This document shows positions 11,458 through 20,132 of a stretch of 64,000 bases of DNA, piece after piece. The number at the start of each line of letters is the position of its first letter. Position 1 is the first letter of the stretch. The stretch spans positions 2,982 through 66,981 of the forward strand of contig JANRII010000058.1 in NCBI GenBank assembly GCA_033765135.1, given 5' to 3'. The position numbers and the translations under genes are program-made. The notes below the pieces were generated by a model. That model did not search any database, was not told where the DNA came from, and saw nothing but the letters and a program-made list of their open reading frames with translations. This DNA is from Pseudanabaenaceae cyanobacterium bins.39. Its GTDB lineage: Bacteria > Cyanobacteriota > Cyanobacteriia > Pseudanabaenales > Pseudanabaenaceae.

Positions 11458-12684
11458 ATGAATATTTGCACAAATTGCCAAGCTTCAAATCCTGCTGATT
11501 ACTCATTTTGTCAGTTTTGTGGTTCGCCAATCGTTGGTTTTCCTAATTCGCCGAAGGTTGAACTAATGGCAGTGGATAAAACTGAAGTTGTAATGTCTGA
11601 ACAGTCAGCCGTTGGTGAAAATGTAGAATCGGCAAAGCCAGCTATGTTAGTTGATTCTGCATTGGCTAATTATGCTTCTACGCCTTTTGAGGAGAAACTC
11701 TCAAATGAAGTTGAACCTGAATTTCCTGAATTTGTGGAATTAGATCCTTTAAATATAGATGGAAATATTGATGACTTAGCAATCTCAACCTTGTCCAATA
11801 GTGATGGCAATAGTGACGGGAATGTGACTTCGCAAGTACTGATGGAATATCCAGAATATTCTCCTAGTTATTTGCAAGAAATTATCTATGCCGCTAAGAC
11901 TGATGTGGGGGAGCAACGCGATCTCAATGAGGATGATTTTATTGCAATTTTCCAAACTATGGAACTTGATGGAAAGAGTCAAATTCGCGATCGCAGCTTT
12001 CGAGGACTGTTTATAGTTTGTGATGGCATGGGAGGGCATGAGGGCGGAGAAGTTGCCAGTAAGATGGCGGTAAATTCTATTGTTGACCAGTTTAAGCCCT
12101 TTTGGATTGATACTTTACCTGGCAGGAAGAAGTTAAAAGAAATTATTTTAAATGCCCATCAAGCAATCTATGAACAGAATGAAGCCCATAACAAATCTGC
12201 TTTGGAACGGATGGGAACAACCCTAGCGATGATGATTGTGCATAATCGTCGAGTGGCGATCGCCCATGTGGGAGATAGTCGTATTTATCAAGTTACGAGT
12301 GGAGGCGTAGAACCAAAATTAGAGCAGTTGACTAGAGACCATGAAGTTCTTAATCAACTCTTGGATTTGGGAATGTCAATGGAGGAGGTGAGGGCTAGAC
12401 CTGATATTCATCAACTCACTCAAGCCTTAGGCCCTAATGAGGTTAGTAGCATCGATCCTGAGATGAAGTTCTTAGAGATTAAAGCTTCCACTTTGTTTCT
12501 GATCTGTTCGGATGGATTGAGTGATCACGATTTAATTGAACAAAATTGGCGATCGCATTTGTTGCCGATCCTCAATCAAGACATGGACTTGCAAACAGGG
12601 CTAGAAAATTTAATGCGTCTTGGCAACACCGCTAATGGTCATGACAACCTGACGGCCGTATTAGTTTTATGTCTATTTAATTAG
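11458..12684 (+). CDS. PP2C/PPM Ser/Thr phosphatase with N-terminal zinc ribbon and acidic linker
   Basis: CxxC..CxxC N-terminus; TDVG..R..NED, CDGMGGH, HVGDSR, CSDGL, GHDNLT. Confidence 0.93.
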   Translation: MNICTNCQASNPADYSFCQFCGSPIVGFPNSPKVELMAVDKTEVVMSEQSAVGENVESAKPAMLVDSALANYASTPFEEKLSNEVEPEFPEFVELDPLNIDGNIDDLAISTLSNSDGNSDGNVTSQVLMEYPEYSPSYLQEIIYAAKTDVGEQRDLNEDDFIAIFQTMELDGKSQIRDRSFRGLFIVCDGMGGHEGGEVASKMAVNSIVDQFKPFWIDTLPGRKKLKEIILNAHQAIYEQNEAHNKSALERMGTTLAMMIVHNRRVAIAHVGDSRIYQVTSGGVEPKLEQLTRDHEVLNQLLDLGMSMEEVRARPDIHQLTQALGPNEVSSIDPEMKFLEIKASTLFLICSDGLSDHDLIEQNWRSHLLPILNQDMDLQTGLENLMRLGNTANGHDNLTAVLVLCLFN

Positions 12685-12728
12685 CTAGGTATATGCCTTA
12701 TTTAAAAGCCAGAAATATTGCTAGGAGC

Positions 12729-13199
12729 CTACGGATCACAACGAATTTCAAGGAGGAATCCATCGGGGTCATAGAAGTAAATGCCCCTGCCCGTTGGGCG
12801 AGTTACAGGCTCTCCTTCAATCTGAACTTGGTGCGATCGCAAGACATCAACAGCATGATCAAATAATTCAGGAGCAATATCAAAGGCGAGATGATTGGCA
12901 CGGGTGAACTGTTTTTGTGGATCGCGATCGGGCGGAGTCAGGTCAGGTTCCCAAAATAGATCAATGACAGTTCCATCGGGCGTAATAAAGTTCGCAACTT
13001 TGCCAGCAGCCACTAATTCCTTGAGAGTACTAGGAACCTCATCACCCACCAACTGATGCAGACCAAGTATATTTCCATAAAAGTCGCAAGAAGTCTGCAT
13101 ATCATTGACATTAAAAGCGATATGATGCACCTTTCGCAAAGTTCCTGACGACAGGGATAGAGCATTAGCATAGTTTGTAGATGATGTCATAGATGGCAA
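12729..13199 (-). CDS. VOC/glyoxalase family protein
   Basis: VHHIAFNV, NHLAFDI, IYFYDPDG.LLEI. Confidence 0.9.
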   Translation of the reverse strand: MPSMTSSTNYANALSLSSGTLRKVHHIAFNVNDMQTSCDFYGNILGLHQLVGDEVPSTLKELVAAGKVANFITPDGTVIDLFWEPDLTPPDRDPQKQFTRANHLAFDIAPELFDHAVDVLRSHQVQIEGEPVTRPTGRGIYFYDPDGFLLEIRCDP

Positions 13200-13235
13200 A
13201 TACCTCTTTAAATTAATACTAAATCTAAAATTCTT

Positions 13236-14576
13236 TTATTGCCTTTGCATTTTAATGCCTCCCGCAGGGGCTAGGGTAACTCCACGTCGTTTGGGGATAA
13301 CTGGCTTTGTTTCTAATAATTGCAATGGGAAATGATTGAGAATAGTGGCAAGGACGATGCGTAGTTCAAATTGAGCAAGGGCTTCTCCCATACAACGTCT
13401 TGATCCGCCGCCAAAGGGCATAAACTCATAGGGTGAGTATTGCTTTTCAAGGAAGCGTTCGGGGCGAAATTGCTGAGGTGCGGGATAGAGATCTTCACGT
13501 TGGTGTAAGAGATAGATGCAACCTAAGATCACATTGGCGGCCTTGACTTGGTATTCGCCAAGTTGCGTGGCAGTTTCTGCAAAACGAGGGAAGGTCAGCA
13601 TCGCCACAGGATGGAGTCGTAAAGTTTCGTTACAGACGGCTGTGAGATAGGGCAGTTTATAGATTTCCATCCAGTCCTTGGTGTCACGATGGGGAGTAAG
13701 TTCCTGTTGAAGCTGCTCATAGACCTCTGGATGTCGATGCACTAGATATAATGCCCAAGAAATGGCTGTGGCTGTGGTTTCATGTCCTGCCAGTAATAGT
13801 GCCATGAGTTCATCGCGCAGTTCGAGATCGCTGAGATGGTTGCCTTCTTCATCGATCGCCATGAGCAGCATATGCAAAATATCGGTACGTTCTGGATCGA
13901 GATGGGCGCGACGATCGTGAATTTCCGCATAGATAATCTCATCAATTTGGCGTTTCCTATCCAAAAAGACATTCCAAGGGCTGGATTTACCGAGATTCCA
14001 GCGTAAAGCAGGAAAGAATAATAGGGCAGAGGTGAGGGGTGTATTGAATTGGTGGGTCATTTCCGTGACCAGTTTTTGCAATCTTGTCAGGCGATCGCCT
14101 TCATACAGACCAAATACTGCCTGCAAAATAATTTGTAAAGAAATTTCTTGCACCACATCCCTTGTGATAAATGTTTGTTGAGGTGCAATTTGACTAAACC
14201 GCTTCAGCGTTAGATCCGCGATCAGTTGACCGTAGTTTTGCATCCTTGCGCCATGAAAAGCGGGCATGACCATTTGGCGGCGTTTTTTGTGGCGATCGCC
14301 ACTCAGAGTAATGACCGAAAAATCACCGATTAAGGGACTCAAAATGCCATTTAATTCACCGGGGGTACTAAATTGCTTGCGATCGCTAGTGAGTAATTCT
14401 TGGATAGCCTTCGGTTCGTGGACAAAAATCACTGGTTGTCCAGAATTAAAAATATCGGCAGCAAAAATATCAGGATATTGGCGTACTGCTGATTGCATAT
14501 AGCTTACAGGATCAAGTACCCATTGAATCTGCTGCCAGAAGGCGAAATTTTCGATCTGATGAATGGATTTGAGCAT
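13236..14576 (-). CDS. cytochrome P450 (CYP110-like)
   Basis: AGHETT I-helix, ETLR, PERF, FGGGSRRCMG heme ligand. Confidence 0.95.
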   Translation of the reverse strand: MLKSIHQIENFAFWQQIQWVLDPVSYMQSAVRQYPDIFAADIFNSGQPVIFVHEPKAIQELLTSDRKQFSTPGELNGILSPLIGDFSVITLSGDRHKKRRQMVMPAFHGARMQNYGQLIADLTLKRFSQIAPQQTFITRDVVQEISLQIILQAVFGLYEGDRLTRLQKLVTEMTHQFNTPLTSALLFFPALRWNLGKSSPWNVFLDRKRQIDEIIYAEIHDRRAHLDPERTDILHMLLMAIDEEGNHLSDLELRDELMALLLAGHETTATAISWALYLVHRHPEVYEQLQQELTPHRDTKDWMEIYKLPYLTAVCNETLRLHPVAMLTFPRFAETATQLGEYQVKAANVILGCIYLLHQREDLYPAPQQFRPERFLEKQYSPYEFMPFGGGSRRCMGEALAQFELRIVLATILNHFPLQLLETKPVIPKRRGVTLAPAGGIKMQRQ

Positions 14577-14628
14577 ATATATTAGTAAGCTACATTATGG
14601 CTATACCAAAATCAGGTAATTACTAACC

Positions 14629-15309
14629 ATGTTACAAAAATTTGCGATCGCTATGGTTTCTAGCCTCTGTGTTTCTGCTATAGCGGATATTGCCTATGCT
14701 AGACCTGAGCAAAAATCGCCAGAGGATTTGGAAATAGATCGTCAAATCATTAATAGTAGTCCTGTATTACGCCGTTGGTTAAATAATCCGCCCGATCTCC
14801 TAGAAGATATTTACCATACCCCTAGCTTTGAGCCAAAATTACAGATTGGTATGACCTCTCGCAATCATTCCCTTGGTTTAGAAGTAGGGGTTGAAGATGT
14901 ATTTGTGGGACGCTCACCATTGACCCTCAATGCTAATCTCCAAACGGAATTTAGTGGTCGAGAAAGTGAAGTTCAAGCAGGTATCCGTTATTATCTGTTG
15001 CCCTTGGGTTCCTATTGGAATATTGCCCCCATTGCAGGTTATCGGCAATTCAATCAATATGAACGTCCACAGATATCGGGCTTAGATGTGGGTTTGCAAG
15101 GTATTTTAATTTTATCGCCACGCAGTTCTGATTTGCGCCTGAGCCATACGTTTACCTCACCCTACAGCAATCTGGAACTGAGCAAAACTGTTCTCTCGAC
15201 AAGCTATGCGGTTACAAGGCAAATGCGTCTCGGTACTAAAATCGAGTGGCGGCGATCGCCATTAATTTATGATAGTCGGGTTGGTTTTTTGGTGGAAATT
15301 AGTTTTTAA
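14629..15309 (+). CDS. conserved hypothetical exported protein, possible outer-membrane beta-barrel
   Basis: Signal peptide, alternating beta-strand pattern, C-terminal Phe (VGFLVEISF). Confidence 0.7.
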   Translation: MLQKFAIAMVSSLCVSAIADIAYARPEQKSPEDLEIDRQIINSSPVLRRWLNNPPDLLEDIYHTPSFEPKLQIGMTSRNHSLGLEVGVEDVFVGRSPLTLNANLQTEFSGRESEVQAGIRYYLLPLGSYWNIAPIAGYRQFNQYERPQISGLDVGLQGILILSPRSSDLRLSHTFTSPYSNLELSKTVLSTSYAVTRQMRLGTKIEWRRSPLIYDSRVGFLVEISF

Positions 15310-15318
15310 AAGTAGTTT

Positions 15319-16296
15319 TTAAAGGCGGCGACGTAGGAATGTCAGGAATTTGGTAAATCCTGCGGCAAGGGGAGCCGTATTCGTAATTGTTTCACCAGAG
15401 AGAGGATGGGTAAAGGTGAGTCGCCATGCATGGAGAGCCTGACCTGTGAGATATTGTGATACTTCTTTATTAGGGGAGCCGTACATCGGATCACCTGCGA
15501 TCGCCCATCCCATATGGGCGGCATGGACGCGAATTTGATGGGTGCGCCCCGTTTCGAGGTCAAATTTAACAAGGGTGTAGTTGCCAAGACGTTCTTGGAT
15601 TTGCCAATGGGTGACGGCACGGCGACCGTCAGCGATGACGGCCATCTTTTTGCGATCGCTAGGGTGACGGGCGATCGCTAGATCAATCGTTCCTGATTCC
15701 TGTTTAGGCACACCGCGCACTATGCCCAGATATTCGCGCCGTGCCGTTTTAGCTTGAATTTGTGCCTGTAGGTGCTGGTGAGCGAGATCATTTTTGGCTA
15801 CCACCATCACCCCACTGGTATCTTTATCAAGGCGATGCACGATCCCCGGACGCTGAGTGCCATTGATGCCCGATAGCTCCTTGCAATGGGCTAATAGTGC
15901 ATTTACCAAGGTTCCATCACGATGACCTGCCGCAGGATGTACCACTAGCCCCGCAGGTTTGTTAATCACAATCAGGTAGGCATCTTCATAGAGAATATCA
16001 AGGGGAATATCCTGTGGAACCAGATCGAGGGGAACCGCTTCAGGGGTGATCACACAAAGGCGATCGCCAGATTTCACTAGATTCTTTTTGTTGTTACATG
16101 GCACATCATTTACGGACACATGACCTAAATCAATGAGTTGCTGGATGCGCGATCGCGATATATCTTGCAGACGACTAGCCAAAAAGCGATCGATCCGTTC
16201 AGGTGTTGTTAACTCCTGATCAACTTCAATTAGGATCTGACGAGCATTTTCTTGATCAAAATCCTCTAGATCTATGTCCGTAATCGCATTACCCAT
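15319..16296 (-). CDS. rluD: RluA/RluD family 23S rRNA pseudouridine synthase
   Basis: N-terminal S4 domain, NKPAGLVVHP, GIVHRLDKDTSG, TGRTHQIRVH. Confidence 0.93.
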   Translation of the reverse strand: MGNAITDIDLEDFDQENARQILIEVDQELTTPERIDRFLASRLQDISRSRIQQLIDLGHVSVNDVPCNNKKNLVKSGDRLCVITPEAVPLDLVPQDIPLDILYEDAYLIVINKPAGLVVHPAAGHRDGTLVNALLAHCKELSGINGTQRPGIVHRLDKDTSGVMVVAKNDLAHQHLQAQIQAKTARREYLGIVRGVPKQESGTIDLAIARHPSDRKKMAVIADGRRAVTHWQIQERLGNYTLVKFDLETGRTHQIRVHAAHMGWAIAGDPMYGSPNKEVSQYLTGQALHAWRLTFTHPLSGETITNTAPLAAGFTKFLTFLRRRL

Positions 16297-17481
16297 TTAC
16301 TTCTTCAACACCAGATAGTAGAGCGCCCCTTCTCCCTTGATCAAACCAGCCCTTGCCTTGGGCAAACCGCCAGTTCCCATAAAAATATCGACCCTGCCTG
16401 CCCCACGAATTGCGCCACCTGTATCTTGATCAAGGACAAAGCGCTGAATGGGGCGCATCTCTAGCTGTCCTGTTTGCGGATTAAGAAAGGGAATCTCGGT
16501 ACGGATGAGGGCAATGCCTCCAGAGGGGAAAATACTTTTATCGGTGGCGATCGATCTTTCAGCAGTCACAGGCACACCAATGCTACCCGTTGCCGCCTGT
16601 CCATTGGTTTCTCGGAAAAAGACAAAACTGGGATTGCGGTTGAGATACATGACCAAATCCTGTGGATTGCGCTGGAAGTAATCAATCATGGCAGGTAAAT
16701 TCACATCCTCAAGGCGCATTTTGCCATCTCGTACCAACTCCGCCCCCACGGAGCGATAGGGCTGATCGGTTTTGCCAGCATAGCCCACCGTTAACATCCT
16801 CCCGTCCGTAAGCTGCAAGCGAGCTGAACCTTGCACATGGACTAAGAAAGCCTGAAAGCGATCGCGCAACCAAGCAATTTCTAGACCCGCCATCCTCTGG
16901 CTTCCTTCCAACATGGCGCGGGTGGGATGGGGCGATTTCCATTGGGCAAAATCAGGTGGCAAGCGATATAGGGGATATTGAAATTCGGCATTACGAGTTA
17001 GGCTGGCGGCATACACGGCTTCATAGTAGCCAGTGAATAGCACCGTCCCTTTGCCATCTCTGCCAGTGGACTGATACACATCAAATTCACGATTGACAGC
17101 CTGTTGCAAATCCTTAGCTGTCCGTGATACCTGCACTAATCGGCGAAATCTGATCAAACTGCGTTCCATCAAATCACGACTAATGCCCGCGATCGGATAG
17201 CGTCTGGCGGCGGTGGGGGTGCGGATATATTGAATACTAAGGTCGATCGCGGTGAGCAACTTAGCGCGATCTCGTTCTAACAAATCATCGGTAATGTCGA
17301 GACTAAGGGGATTAATGGCACGGGAAGTAATGGGCAATAGCGATGGTTGTGTCTGTAGCTCTGCGGCCTCCACAGGGTTTTGAAAATGCATCTGCACATA
17401 GCAAGGTGGGACAGCACAAATTAAGCCCAACCAAGTCGCAAATAATATATCTGCACCACGCTGTAAATGAGAACCAAGCAC
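16297..17481 (-). CDS. mltA: membrane-bound lytic murein transglycosylase A
   Basis: FTGYYE, VQGS, YFQRNP..NPSFVFF, DQDTGGAIRG.GRVDIFMG (3D domain); stop codon abuts the rluD ATG. Confidence 0.92.
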   Translation of the reverse strand: MLGSHLQRGADILFATWLGLICAVPPCYVQMHFQNPVEAAELQTQPSLLPITSRAINPLSLDITDDLLERDRAKLLTAIDLSIQYIRTPTAARRYPIAGISRDLMERSLIRFRRLVQVSRTAKDLQQAVNREFDVYQSTGRDGKGTVLFTGYYEAVYAASLTRNAEFQYPLYRLPPDFAQWKSPHPTRAMLEGSQRMAGLEIAWLRDRFQAFLVHVQGSARLQLTDGRMLTVGYAGKTDQPYRSVGAELVRDGKMRLEDVNLPAMIDYFQRNPQDLVMYLNRNPSFVFFRETNGQAATGSIGVPVTAERSIATDKSIFPSGGIALIRTEIPFLNPQTGQLEMRPIQRFVLDQDTGGAIRGAGRVDIFMGTGGLPKARAGLIKGEGALYYLVLKK

Positions 17482-17509
17482 TCTAAAACACTCCTACCAA
17501 ATAATCTAT

Positions 17510-18241
17510 TTAGCGCTCATAGTTGACGTTAATGCTCACTTTTTGTTCATAGAGGCGATTTAGCGATCGCGGATCGATATGTAAGTGATAACAAACCTTG
17601 AGCCACTGATTGAGCATAGCATGACGATAGATGCCCCGTTGTTGAAAGCGTCTGGCGGAGGTGATCACCTTGCGATCTGCCAAAACTGGCTTGGCAATAC
17701 GACAAAGGCGATCGCTAAATACCGTATCTTCAAAAATATCCAGATCAGGCACATATCCCGCCTGCTCTATGATCTCGCGCCGCAAAAATGGACAATGATC
17801 AAAATAAACAATTCCCTTTTGTTGCACCCTCACATAGTTGGAATACCAAGATGTAAAGCGCAATAACCAATGATCGAGATCAAAGCTATGTTGCAATGCT
17901 CCCCATCCATGACTCTCTCCCAAGGTCTGGCGCACTATTTCGAGAATATTGCCTTCAGGTAAAAGTGTGGCAGGATGATGCAGCAAAACATATTTGCTAT
18001 CACTATGCATCACGCCCTCATTAAACCTTTGGGCGCGATTGGTGGCATTAGATCTGAGCAAACGGATATGGGGAAAGCGATCGCTATAGCTGGCAATCAG
18101 AGCATCCGTCCCATCATGGCATTCACTCACTACCGCCACAATTTCCAGATCCCCTGTTTGGCGCGTCAAATTATCGAGAATATGCTCAATATATCCGTGC
18201 CTAATTTCATTCAGACAGGGCAGAATAATCGCTAATTCCAT
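17510..18241 (-). CDS. glycosyltransferase family 2-like protein with degenerate acidic motifs
   Basis: IILPCLNE, RAQRFNEG, FED..F..RL, SARRF match the TIGR04283-like GT2 layout; overlaps the bioD 3' end. Confidence 0.75.
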   Translation of the reverse strand: MELAIILPCLNEIRHGYIEHILDNLTRQTGDLEIVAVVSECHDGTDALIASYSDRFPHIRLLRSNATNRAQRFNEGVMHSDSKYVLLHHPATLLPEGNILEIVRQTLGESHGWGALQHSFDLDHWLLRFTSWYSNYVRVQQKGIVYFDHCPFLRREIIEQAGYVPDLDIFEDTVFSDRLCRIAKPVLADRKVITSARRFQQRGIYRHAMLNQWLKVCYHLHIDPRSLNRLYEQKVSINVNYER

Positions 18242-18951
18242 ATTTGCTCAATATCCAAATTAGAAGCCGCCTTTGCTAACTGCGAGATATCCTCTAGGTT
18301 GTCAATGTGGGGCAGGATACCCATGACAGGCAGACAGGTCAGGCGAGAAATCATCTCAGGTGGCGCAAGCTCACTGATGTCTTGGTCACTCATGGGCTGT
18401 GAGCAGCTTAAAACAATGCCCTTGATTTTGACTTTCTGCTCTCTTGCCAGAGCAACATTGGCGATCGCCTGAGAGATTGCCCCAAGGCGCACAGGTACAA
18501 CTAAAATCGTTGCCAAAGCCCAATCCCTAGCCAAATCCGCCACAATATATTCATCGGTAATCGGTGAACCTAGGCCGCCCATTGCTTCTACTAGGAGGCA
18601 CTTTTTCTGGGAGGTCAAGTGCTGAAACTGTCGCCAGATTAAGCCTAAATCAATGGGTTTATCTTCTTTGACTGCCGCGATCGCAGGGGCGATCGGCGTT
18701 TCAAAATAGAGGGGCGTAATCTCGCTTAGGCTTTGTGAAAGGGGCAATACTTGGGCATAGTATTCGCGATCTCCTAGTCCCGATTGCAAGGGCTTATAGA
18801 TGCCCAGTTCTTCCCTTGGGCGATCGCTATAGGTAAGCCAATAGGCAGCCAGAGATGCCGTCAAAATTGTTTTCCCCACTCCCGTATCACTGCCAACAAT
18901 CAGTAATGGAGTTAAGGAAGTTTGATACAGAGGAAAACTTGTCATAGCCAC
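18232..18951 (-). CDS. bioD: dethiobiotin synthase
   Basis: GSDTGVGKT P-loop, YKPLQSG, VEAMGG, LGAISQ. Confidence 0.94.
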   Translation of the reverse strand: MAMTSFPLYQTSLTPLLIVGSDTGVGKTILTASLAAYWLTYSDRPREELGIYKPLQSGLGDREYYAQVLPLSQSLSEITPLYFETPIAPAIAAVKEDKPIDLGLIWRQFQHLTSQKKCLLVEAMGGLGSPITDEYIVADLARDWALATILVVPVRLGAISQAIANVALAREQKVKIKGIVLSCSQPMSDQDISELAPPEMISRLTCLPVMGILPHIDNLEDISQLAKAASNLDIEQIWN

Positions 18952-19004
18952 AGATTAAATCAAATAATTAAAAAATCTACTCAGAAATCTACTCAAAAAA
19001 TTAA

Positions 19005-19733
19005 CTAAATAAAACGGTTCAAAAAATAGCTCAAAAAAGCACTCGCTAACGGCACTGACAGATTATCCGTTCCTCCTGGGGAATAGGCTTCCAAAAGAGA
19101 GGCGATCGCCGCCACAGGCAAAGCAATCATCATACCAACAGACCATTCCACCTGCGAAGCCCCTAGCACACCCATGACCACCAGCGCACTGGTCACAAAC
19201 ATGGCCAACGATCCCTCAATGCTGCGTTGATTTCCCAAATGCATAAATATATGCTTCCCAAATCGCTTCCCAATTAAAGCCGCCATCCCATCACCCCAAG
19301 ACATCACCATCACCCCAATCACGGCATACTGGGGATGTTCTTGCCAAAATAGCGCCACTAACAAAGTAATACTCAAAGAATAATAAAATACGCCATAGGT
19401 TTTGCGCCCCACATCATTGAGCATCGGCAGAATATTAATAAAATGAGAAACCAAAGCGATCGCGCTAAATATCACACCTGCGGACAAACATAGCCAAGTG
19501 GGAATATGCAACCACCAAGCAATTACCAACACATTGCCCGTACCAATATGCACCACCTTCCGCACCAGTTCAGGATCTTGCCGCAAACGATGCAAAAATT
19601 CAGAGGCTGCAAATACCAAACCCAACCATAGACAGACAGCCATAGTTTGGCTGAATAAATTTTGATTGAGCAAAGGCAACAAATTGCCTAATAAGCCAAG
19701 GGATGATTGATCTATGCTAAAGGTAGTAAACAT
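19005..19733 (-). CDS. phytol/polyprenol kinase (cytidylyltransferase-like, Slr1652/VTE5 type)
   Basis: ELVRKVVHIGTG, SWGDGMAALIG..FG, RSIEGS, GTDNLSVP. Confidence 0.88.
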   Translation of the reverse strand: MFTTFSIDQSSLGLLGNLLPLLNQNLFSQTMAVCLWLGLVFAASEFLHRLRQDPELVRKVVHIGTGNVLVIAWWLHIPTWLCLSAGVIFSAIALVSHFINILPMLNDVGRKTYGVFYYSLSITLLVALFWQEHPQYAVIGVMVMSWGDGMAALIGKRFGKHIFMHLGNQRSIEGSLAMFVTSALVVMGVLGASQVEWSVGMMIALPVAAIASLLEAYSPGGTDNLSVPLASAFLSYFLNRFI

Positions 19734-19792
19734 AAAATATTAAAACAGCTATAGCCATCCTACAGAAAATCATCCAAAAGTCACACCCCCCT

Positions 19793-20002
19793 ATGCAAGA
19801 AACCTTTGAACTAACGGGAGAATATATTACTCTTTGCAACCTGCTGAAGGTTTGTGGAGTAGCCGATACGGGCGGATATGCCAAACTCATGATCATTGAT
19901 GGACTGGTCAGGGTTGATGGCAGCATCGAGTTAAAAAAAGGTTGCAAAATCAGATCTGGACAGGTCGTTAGTGGTGCAGACTTTACAATTAGAGTAGTTT
20001 AG
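19793..20002 (+). CDS. RNA-binding S4 domain protein (YbcJ/YaaA-like)
   Basis: EYITLCNLLKVCGVADTGG.AK..I.DG.VRVDG..E.KK..KI. Confidence 0.9.
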   Translation: MQETFELTGEYITLCNLLKVCGVADTGGYAKLMIIDGLVRVDGSIELKKGCKIRSGQVVSGADFTIRVV

Positions 20003-20132
20003 GTGGGGCAGACTCCATTGGACAAATCAACGGCATAAATTCCGCAATTCCGCTAATATCTGAAAGCTATTTCTTAAGTTTAGGATAGATTGATTAATAT
20101 AAACTTAGCAATGTTGAAACTAGTTAGACTGT

